Below are positions 1 through 5,197 of a DNA stretch of 5,197 nt, piece after piece (position 1 is the first letter of the stretch; each line of letters begins with the position of its first letter). Position numbers and translations under genes: made by a program. Below the pieces are notes generated by a model. It was not told the origin of the DNA and did no database searches. It worked only from the letters and a program-made list of their open reading frames with translations. This DNA is from a virus (Duplodnaviria; Heunggongvirae; Uroviricota; Caudoviricetes), in IMG/VR virus record IMGVR_UViG_2778261360_000011, positions 1 through 5,197 of that record. The stretch is one strand, 5' to 3'.

Positions 1-291
1 GAAGCAGAAAAAGCTTATTATGCTTCCATCGGAAACGATGATCTGGCAGCCTGAGTTCACAGATAAAATACTCTCCAGGAAACCCGGGGCGGTTCATCTT
101 TCGTAGCCAACTACTATGATGCGCTTGGAAACTACATCCGCAATCTTCGTGACCCGTCACGCCCACAGGATGCAGCAACAAAGAGTTATGTTGATGGGGT
201 TGCAGAAACAAACCTGAGCAGAACGCTACGAACTCCAGAACCGATATCAACTTTACCAGGCGTTGAGCAACGTAAGAATAAGATTGTTGCA

Positions 292-1815
292 ATGGATGAT
301 TCAGGAGACCCAATCATGGTTCTCCCGGAATCTGGGAGCGCTACTGATGTCATGTTGCAGCTTGCTGCCACCGATGGGTTTAAAAATATCGGTTCCTGCC
401 CTGATGTGGCCACATTAAGAAATACTGAACCTTCGTCAGTAAACCAGCAAATTATTGTCAGAGGTTATTATAGCGATACCCCCGGTCTTGGAGGTGGGGT
501 GTTCATGTCGTTTGGCAGTTCTGAAGCTGACGATGGTGTGAATATTTTTGTTACCCCCGGAGGTAAGCGCTGGAAGCGAACAGGAAGCCACATCGATATT
601 CCGGTAGAGAATGGCGGCATGATGGTGTCTAGGACGGCTGAGCAAAACAGTGAAGCCTTTGAACGTCTGACCGCATGCCTTCCATATGAAGGAGGTACGC
701 TCAGGCTCAATGGATTTTACGATATTAAGTATGGCGCTATCGTGCCTCCACGTGTCACGCTGGAGGGGTGCGGTATGGATTCCTGTGGATTAATTAAAAC
801 AGGTAACGATATTAAAACCGTTCCGGATCGCATGTGGCAGGGTGTACCACACAGCTTCTCCAAAGACTTTATTGTTGCGGTAGATATGGATAGTGACACA
901 TCAGGTGATTTAAGCGGGACACAAACAAGAAGCACCAGAATAATTGGATTGAGTATTCTAAATACTGCGCCAAATCCTTGTGATTACGGGATATATAGCG
1001 CTATCAGTTACAATGTGCGCCTTCAGGACCTGTATATTCATAGGGTGAAAACCGGTTATCGCACTAGTGATAGCTGGTTGCAGACATGGGCAAACATTAC
1101 TATTCAGGATGTCGTTACTGGAGTTAAAATCGAAGCAGGTGGAACCACATATAATTTAAACAATATTTATGTGAAAACATGTTCAGGTGTTGGATTCGAT
1201 CTTAAAAATCCGACATATAGCACAATGACAGGATGCGCTGTGGATTTTGCAAATGGAACCGCATATAAATTTGTGGATTGCACCGGGATTGTGTTAGATG
1301 GTTGTGGGTGCGAAGAAATAACAGGGACACAGATATATGCTCGGGGTTCTAGAATTTGTATTAATGGTTTTAGAGGGGTAAATCCAAAGAAAGGAGATGC
1401 AGAATCTTTTATACTTGATTCATCTGTAATTAATTTAAACTCATCTTATCTTCCTGATTATGTTGGAGGTGGTACAGATAAATACACCAAGATAAATGCG
1501 GCGGTGATAAATTCGAATAACTCTATATTTCCTGACCATGCAAACAATAAAATCACATGGGGCGGTGTTCAATCCATAATTAATATTCATGATGAAAGAG
1601 GTGGATACTCAGTAACAGGAAATTCAACGTATACTGTTCTTGGGAGGGTTGAGGGAGGGGTGATTACAATACTCTCTCTACTGCCACCTACGGGAGATGC
1701 TAATTTTTACCCAATTGGTACAAGGTGGGAGTTACTGTATCCATCGGCTGTAGGTCCGTACAAATGGATTTTGTTAGCGGATAAAATTTGGCGTGTTGCA
1801 GGATCATCATCGTAA
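292..1815 (+). CDS. Phage tailspike / tail-fiber receptor-binding protein, beta-helix type (probable polysaccharide-binding or depolymerase domain); 5' end unresolved
   Basis: ORF track 292-1815 (507 aa), stop TAA 1813-1815. Translation has the repetitive N/G/T/I-rich pattern typical of right-handed parallel beta-helix tailspike domains (e.g. NLNNIYVKTCSGVGFDLKNPTYSTMTGCAVDFANGTAYKFVDCTGIVLDGCGCEEITGTQIYARGSRICINGFRGVN), with an N-proximal GGGVF motif. Context fits: directly upstream of an O-antigen-modifying acyltransferase. ATG 292 has no Shine-Dalgarno sequence, and the same frame is open and protein-like back to position 67 (NYYDALGNYIRNLRDPSRPQDAATKSYVDG...) with no ATG/GTG/TTG, so 292 is probably not the true start. 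Confidence 0.7.
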   Translation: MDDSGDPIMVLPESGSATDVMLQLAATDGFKNIGSCPDVATLRNTEPSSVNQQIIVRGYYSDTPGLGGGVFMSFGSSEADDGVNIFVTPGGKRWKRTGSHIDIPVENGGMMVSRTAEQNSEAFERLTACLPYEGGTLRLNGFYDIKYGAIVPPRVTLEGCGMDSCGLIKTGNDIKTVPDRMWQGVPHSFSKDFIVAVDMDSDTSGDLSGTQTRSTRIIGLSILNTAPNPCDYGIYSAISYNVRLQDLYIHRVKTGYRTSDSWLQTWANITIQDVVTGVKIEAGGTTYNLNNIYVKTCSGVGFDLKNPTYSTMTGCAVDFANGTAYKFVDCTGIVLDGCGCEEITGTQIYARGSRICINGFRGVNPKKGDAESFILDSSVINLNSSYLPDYVGGGTDKYTKINAAVINSNNSIFPDHANNKITWGGVQSIINIHDERGGYSVTGNSTYTVLGRVEGGVITILSLLPPTGDANFYPIGTRWELLYPSAVGPYKWILLADKIWRVAGSSS

Positions 1816-1822
1816 AAATTAA

Positions 1823-1850
1823 TTGCCAAATTTAAATATACAGCTATTAT
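1823..1850 (+). promoter_or_regulatory. Candidate sigma70-type promoter for the acyltransferase gene
   Basis: TTGCCA at 1823-1828, a 16-nt spacer, then TATTAT at 1845-1850, about 30 nt upstream of ATG 1881 in the 65-nt gap after the tailspike stop. The region is very AT-rich, so a chance match is quite possible. Confidence 0.25.
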
Positions 1851-1880
1851 TTTGCACAATACTATGCATAGGTGCAAAAA

Positions 1881-2855
1881 ATGGATGAGAAAGTAATCAA
1901 TATTAGGGCCGTAGCTGCTATTATGGTTGTAGTTCTTCATATTAATTCGCAGTATTTTTATGACATTACGAGCTACTGGCCTGTTTTCGCTTTGATTGGT
2001 TCAGCAATGCGGCCATGCGTGCCTATTTTTATAATGATTTCAGGGTATTTATTGATAGGAAGAGTTATCAGTTCAATTGATTTTATGAAGAGAAGAATAT
2101 CAAGACTTCTTCCTCCAATATTATTTTGGGGGGTGTTTTATGTTTTTTTTGTATCATTTGTTGGAAACGCACAAGTTTCAATAAATTCACTCATGTCAAT
2201 ATTAATTGATCCTCCAATGTTTCATCTATGGTATCTTTATTTGATTGTTGGCGTTTATCTCATGATGCCTATTTTATCATCTTGGTATTTGTCGGCATCA
2301 TTTGGTGATAAGATTTTTTATATTTCGCTTTGGTTTGCATGCCTGCTTGTTGCTCAGTTTGGCCTTGGTGTTGAAATTATAAATAGATATTATCTTGGTC
2401 AATTTTCAACATACTCGTTTTATTTAATAGTGGGTGCTTTTGTTAAGGAAATTTCATTTAAGTACAATGTAAGATGGTCTGTTCCAAGCATGGTTTATAT
2501 TCTAATTACATTACTAATAACAACTCTTACGATTTATGACTGTTATAATAATGGAGCGCCGTCAGAGAAGTATTATGAATACACAAATCCAATGGTTGTT
2601 CTTCAATCAATATTTCTATTTATGGCGTTAATTAAGCTTAACAAATCAAATTGGTTTACAAAAGTTGTTTCAAATTATTCCCTTGGAGTTTATTGTGTTC
2701 ATGTTGCGATAATATTACTAATATTCCCTACAATAAAGACAACAATAGATAATGCATTCCTTTCATACTTTGCATCTATTTCTTTAGTTCTGATCTCATC
2801 AGTTATAATTAGCTCAATTATCAGATTGGTTCCTTTTATAAAAAGTGCATCGTGA
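1881..2855 (+). CDS. Acyltransferase family 3 (AT3) integral-membrane O-acyltransferase, probable phage-encoded O-antigen acetylase (serotype conversion)
   Basis: ORF track 1872-2855. ATG 1881 is preferred over GTG 1872 because AGGTG at 1869-1873 sits 7 nt upstream of it. The protein is strongly hydrophobic with about 10 predicted membrane-spanning segments. It carries an N-terminal R-x10-H motif (NIRAVAAIMVVVLH) and an xSGY/F motif (FIMISGYLLIG), both characteristic of AT3 acyltransferases such as phage O-antigen acetylases. It has no C-terminal SGNH domain. GC is roughly 25-32% in lines I counted by hand, far below the flanking lysis genes (about 53%). Confidence 0.85.
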   Translation: MDEKVINIRAVAAIMVVVLHINSQYFYDITSYWPVFALIGSAMRPCVPIFIMISGYLLIGRVISSIDFMKRRISRLLPPILFWGVFYVFFVSFVGNAQVSINSLMSILIDPPMFHLWYLYLIVGVYLMMPILSSWYLSASFGDKIFYISLWFACLLVAQFGLGVEIINRYYLGQFSTYSFYLIVGAFVKEISFKYNVRWSVPSMVYILITLLITTLTIYDCYNNGAPSEKYYEYTNPMVVLQSIFLFMALIKLNKSNWFTKVVSNYSLGVYCVHVAIILLIFPTIKTTIDNAFLSYFASISLVLISSVIISSIIRLVPFIKSAS

Positions 2856-3109
2856 GTGCTTTAGTTGCATGAGACAAAAGCGGGACACACAAGGCTTTGC
2901 ATTGGTAACTGAATCCTCTGTACCTATCACATTGTCGTGGCACCTTACAAAGTTAGGCATCAAAAGCCACGTCATAGCTATGGAGCCAGAAAACACCTCA
3001 CCTATTCAGAATGTTTTTAGGGATTTCAATTAAACCATATATGTATTAATTGTGTATGATGGACTCACCAACTAAGGTGGGTCTTTATGCACAGTAAACG
3101 GTGGTTTCT

Positions 3110-3514
3110 ATGTCAGTTCAACTAACCAGTGAAACATTAAATCAATGGCTTAGTCTTGGTTCTCTAGCTGCGGTGATAGCAGGAGTACCTCCAGAAGTAG
3201 CGTTGGGGTCTTTGTCAGGAGCGGTAATTTTTGTTACCTCTGCGGTAGAGTACCCAATTAGTCGTCGCGTACTCTTGTCGATGCTTAGCTTTCTCTGTGG
3301 GCTTCTTTTCTACAAACCAGCAGCATCAATTCTTATAGGCGTAGCTAGCCTGATCCCTACTATCACGCAGGACTCTTTCGAGAAAGGGGTTGTTTTCTCT
3401 GCTGGCGCATTCGTGTCAGCAATCGTCGCAGTACGAATTGGCATCTGGCTCTATCACCGTTCCGATAATCCACGTGAGTTAATTCCGGGGAGAAAAGACG
3501 ATGGCAACGTATGA
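3110..3514 (+). CDS. Small multi-pass membrane protein (134 aa), putative holin-like, antiholin or lysis-accessory protein
   Basis: ORF track 3101-3514 (GTG start). ATG 3110 is preferred because GGTGG at 3100-3104 sits 5 nt upstream. Four to five hydrophobic segments (WLSLGSLAAVIAGV, ALGSLSGAVIFVTSAV, VLLSMLSFLCGLLFY, AASILIGVASLIPTI, VVFSAGAFVSAIVAVRIGIWLY) and a charged C-terminus ([19 protein letters not shown]). Its stop (TGA 3512-3514) overlaps the next gene's start by 14 nt. Function is inferred from position and topology only. Confidence 0.5.
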   Translation: MSVQLTSETLNQWLSLGSLAAVIAGVPPEVALGSLSGAVIFVTSAVEYPISRRVLLSMLSFLCGLLFYKPAASILIGVASLIPTITQDSFEKGVVFSAGAFVSAIVAVRIGIWLYHRSDNPRELIPGRKDDGNV

Positions 3515-3809
3515 GCTTTTTTTTCTTATCACCAATGCAGTTATTTGTACTGGCATAGCAATTCGCGTTGTCACATTTCGGCGTAACGGGTCACAACACC
3601 GAAGATGGGGAGGGTGGCTTGCTTATTTCCTGATTGTTGCTGCGGCCAGTATTCCTGTTCGTGTCGCCTATGCAATCTGGTTACGCACGCCAATGGCTGT
3701 GGATTTATCTGAGGTCATTATCAACGCTGTCATGCTCGCTGCGGTTATTAAAACGCGCGGTAACGTCGTTCAAATTTTCAAAGTATCGAGGTCTAAACAT
3801 GGAGATTAA
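3501..3809 (+). CDS. Putative holin (102 aa, 2-3 transmembrane segments, basic C-terminal tail)
   Basis: ATG 3501 is preceded by GGGGAG at 3487-3492 with an 8-nt spacer. Hydrophobic segments [42 protein letters not shown] and [19 protein letters not shown], a basic loop ([11 protein letters not shown]) and a charged C-terminus (KVSRSKHGD). It lies immediately upstream of the endolysin and overlaps its start by 11 nt. Confidence 0.65.
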   Translation: MATYELFFLITNAVICTGIAIRVVTFRRNGSQHRRWGGWLAYFLIVAAASIPVRVAYAIWLRTPMAVDLSEVIINAVMLAAVIKTRGNVVQIFKVSRSKHGD

Positions 3810-4344
3810 ACAATTCCAGCGAGCTGCTGGTATTAGCGAGGCGCTGGCCGCACGCTGGTTTCTGCATATCACTGCTGCCATGAATGAGTTTGGCATTATC
3901 AAACCAGATGACCAGGCGATGTTTATCGCGCAGGTCGGGCATGAGTCCGGAGGATTTACCCGGTTACAGGAAAACTTCAACTACAGCGTTAATGGACTGT
4001 CCGGGTTTATCCGTGCCGGACGCATCACGCCGGACCAGGCCAGCACGCTGGGACGAAAAGCATATGAGAAGTCTCTGCCTCTGGAGCGCCAGCGTGCGAT
4101 CGCCAATCTGGTGTACAGCAAACGCATGGGGAACAATGCCCCTGGTGATGGCTGGAATTACCGAGGGCGCGGACTTATCCAGATTACCGGTTTGAATAAC
4201 TATCGTGATTGCGGAAACGGCCTGAAGGTTGACCTGCTGGAGAGCCCTGAACTGCTGGCGCAGGACGAATATGCGGCTCGTAGCGCGGCGTGGTTCTTCG
4301 CCAGCAAAGGATGCATGAATATACCGGCGATATTGCACGTGTAA
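3799..4344 (+). CDS. Endolysin, glycoside hydrolase family 19 (class I chitinase-like lysozyme); as encoded the ORF is 3'-truncated by an apparent -1 frameshift
   Basis: ATG 3799 with GAGG at 3788-3791, 7 nt upstream. The 236-aa ORF 3634-4344 in the track is an upstream extension artefact that overlaps the holin out of frame. The protein has GH19 hallmarks: GHESGG with the likely catalytic Glu at residue 49, a second Glu nine residues later (LQENF), [12 protein letters not shown], and AAWFFASKG. There is no signal peptide or signal-anchor-release (SAR) segment. The frame ends at TAA 4342-4344 (181 aa), but the conserved GH19 C-terminal block ([18 protein letters not shown]...KVLAV) is encoded in the next frame from 4323 to TGA 4425-4427. 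Confidence 0.85.
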   Translation: MEIKQFQRAAGISEALAARWFLHITAAMNEFGIIKPDDQAMFIAQVGHESGGFTRLQENFNYSVNGLSGFIRAGRITPDQASTLGRKAYEKSLPLERQRAIANLVYSKRMGNNAPGDGWNYRGRGLIQITGLNNYRDCGNGLKVDLLESPELLAQDEYAARSAAWFFASKGCMNIPAILHV

Positions 4345-4423
4345 CTCTGATTATCAATGGTGGCCGGAACGGCATCGACGACCGGCGCGCGCGGTACATC
4401 ACTGCCAGTAAGGTGCTGGCGGT

Positions 4424-4906
4424 ATGATCTGGGCATTCGCAAAAGCATACTGGAAACAGTTGGTTATCATGGCGATGCTTGCTGTTCTGGTCATATCAGG
4501 AGTTGTAGCCTGGAATGCACACGGCAGTCGTCAGTACGATGCCGGGTATGCGCAGGCGAAGAAAGACCGCAAAGCTGAAGATGAGATAGTTCGTCAGCAC
4601 TACGAACAGGAGAAATCGATCAATGAACGTGAAGCGCAGCATAGGATCGACCAGGCGCGCAATGATGCTCTTGATGCTGCCGCTCGCGCTGGCCGGTTGC
4701 AGCAACAGCTCGTTGCCATCCGTGAGCAGCTCAGGCACTATAACGCCATTGTCGGCGCTGGGTCGTCAGCCGCAGACACCGGAGTTTTGCTTTCCGACGT
4801 GTTCAGCAAATCTCTCGAGAGAAATAGACAACTGGCAGAGTATGCTGACCGGGCATCCGAAGCCGGAAGAGTCTGCGAAAAACAGTACGACACCCTGACC
4901 AGATAG
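4424..4906 (+). CDS. Rz-like inner-membrane spanin (i-spanin)
   Basis: ATG 4424 is the first start after the in-frame stop at 4409-4411, with AAGGTG at 4410-4415 upstream. N-terminal transmembrane segment (LVIMAMLAVLVISGVVAW) followed by a long charged, coiled-coil-like periplasmic region rich in Q/R/E/A (RIDQARNDALDAAARAGRLQQQLVAIREQLR) and a C-proximal Cys. It sits last in the lysis cassette. Confidence 0.8.
   Translation: MIWAFAKAYWKQLVIMAMLAVLVISGVVAWNAHGSRQYDAGYAQAKKDRKAEDEIVRQHYEQEKSINEREAQHRIDQARNDALDAAARAGRLQQQLVAIREQLRHYNAIVGAGSSAADTGVLLSDVFSKSLERNRQLAEYADRASEAGRVCEKQYDTLTR
4623..4898 (+). CDS. Rz1-like outer-membrane lipoprotein spanin (o-spanin), fully embedded in the +1 frame of Rz
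   Basis: ORF 4623-4898 lies entirely inside the Rz gene in the +1 frame. AGGAG at 4607-4611 precedes ATG 4623. Signal peptide with a lipobox (MMLLMLPLALAG-C, then Ser at +2), and a Ser/Pro/Thr-rich mature part. Alternative starts are the ATGs at 4662 and 4665. Confidence 0.7.
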   Translation: MNVKRSIGSTRRAMMLLMLPLALAGCSNSSLPSVSSSGTITPLSALGRQPQTPEFCFPTCSANLSREIDNWQSMLTGHPKPEESAKNSTTP

Positions 4907-5062
4907 CATGGCATTTTTCACGGTACTGATTTCCGGTGACGGTATATAAAACGGTACGGGAAAAATTGAGATTTGGAAAAATGTTATCACTCAATTGGTT
5001 ATGGTTATCGTAAATAATTGAGTGGGAATGATTTGACCCTGCACTATGAATGAAATAAATAT

Positions 5063-5086
5063 CCTCCGGCATAGCCGGAGGTTTTT
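5063..5086 (+). terminator. Rho-independent (intrinsic) terminator downstream of the lysis cassette
   Basis: Perfect 8-bp GC-rich stem (CCTCCGGC at 5063-5070 pairing with GCCGGAGG at 5074-5081), a 3-nt loop, then TTTTT at 5082-5086. An A-rich tract (AAATAAAT) precedes the stem, so it could also terminate transcripts from the opposite strand. Confidence 0.75.
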
Positions 5087-5197
5087 CAAATGCGCCTATA
5101 AGGCTCTCTTACCAGCCGCGCCCTAACAGGCGCACACGATCTGACATTTGCATCCAACTTCGTTACTTACGGCCCGTAAACGGGCTGCCCGGATAGG

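Noticed and set aside
83-89. CCCGGGG as a programmed -1 ribosomal frameshift site for the tailspike
   Set aside because: The heptamer is not positioned in the upstream frame needed to connect the two open frames, and there is no downstream pseudoknot-like structure. A mutational or assembly indel is more parsimonious.
186-935. Minus-strand ORFs 186-413, 436-645, 468-710 and 717-935 (69-80 aa)
   Set aside because: All lie antisense within the protein-like tailspike frame, with no ribosome-binding sites or recognisable motifs; typical shadow ORFs.
1-1815. Invertible tail-fiber segment (Mu G-segment or P1 C-segment type) as the explanation for the start-less tailspike frame
   Set aside because: No DNA invertase gene, no inverted duplicate of a tail-fiber C-terminal segment and no long inverted repeats are present in the window.
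1707-1940. Minus-strand 77-aa ORF spanning the tailspike stop and the acyltransferase start
   Set aside because: AT-rich region where long spurious ORFs are expected; it overlaps two well-supported + strand genes and the intergenic promoter region.
2814-3033. Small ORFs 2845-3033 (+, 62 aa, GTG start) and 2814-2996 (-, 60 aa) in the gap after the acyltransferase
   Set aside because: No Shine-Dalgarno sequence, unusual composition (Cys/His/Arg-rich) and overlap with the acyltransferase 3' end. A small protein cannot be excluded without expression data.
3634-4344. 236-aa ORF in the track, starting 55 codons upstream of the endolysin start
   Set aside because: The first 55 codons overlap the holin gene in another frame, have no ribosome-binding site and are not protein-like. 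The GH19 homology and a good Shine-Dalgarno sequence begin at ATG 3799.
3705-4448. ORFs 3884-4195 (+), 3705-3980 (-), 3964-4338 (-), 4184-4402 (-) and 4200-4448 (-) overlapping the endolysin
   Set aside because: Out-of-frame or antisense to a strongly supported GH19 gene in a GC-rich region; the translations are Arg/Ala/Pro-rich shadow-ORF products.
4357-4578. 73-aa + strand ORF across the endolysin-Rz junction
   Set aside because: Its frame is not the one carrying the GH19 C-terminal block (frame 3), and it runs out of frame into Rz; no independent support.
4496-5072. Minus-strand ORFs 4496-4738, 4766-4990 and 4803-5072
   Set aside because: Antisense to Rz/Rz1 or running into the terminator hairpin; no ribosome-binding sites or motifs.
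5171-5185. Hairpin GCCCG-TAAA-CGGGC near the window end as a terminator or tRNA fragment
   Set aside because: No U-tract follows on either strand and the flanking sequence has no tRNA-like conserved elements. It is too close to the window edge to interpret.

Overview
The window reads as a temperate-phage or prophage segment from an enterobacterial host, all on the + strand: the 3' part of a tailspike/tail-fiber receptor-binding gene (to 1815), a very AT-rich acyltransferase-3 (AT3) membrane O-acyltransferase gene (1881-2855, probable O-antigen acetylase for serotype conversion), a 254-bp non-coding gap, then a lysis cassette of a small multi-pass membrane protein (3110-3514), a holin-like protein (3501-3809), a GH19 chitinase-class endolysin (3799-4344) and an Rz spanin (4424-4906) with an Rz1 lipoprotein embedded in its +1 frame (4623-4898), followed by a repeat-rich 3' region and an intrinsic terminator (5063-5086). 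Two genes appear broken by -1 frame changes. The endolysin frame stops at 4344, but the next frame continues with the conserved GH19 C-terminal IINGG block and ends in an ATGA overlap with the Rz start. The tailspike frame is protein-like back to position 67 with no start codon and stop codons upstream. The second half of the tailspike and the acyltransferase share a much lower GC content than the flanking genes, suggesting a horizontally acquired receptor-binding plus receptor-modifying module. I found no tRNA, rRNA, CRISPR array, IS element or recognisable defence-system gene. All functional calls come from reading the translations and motifs by eye; no database search was run.
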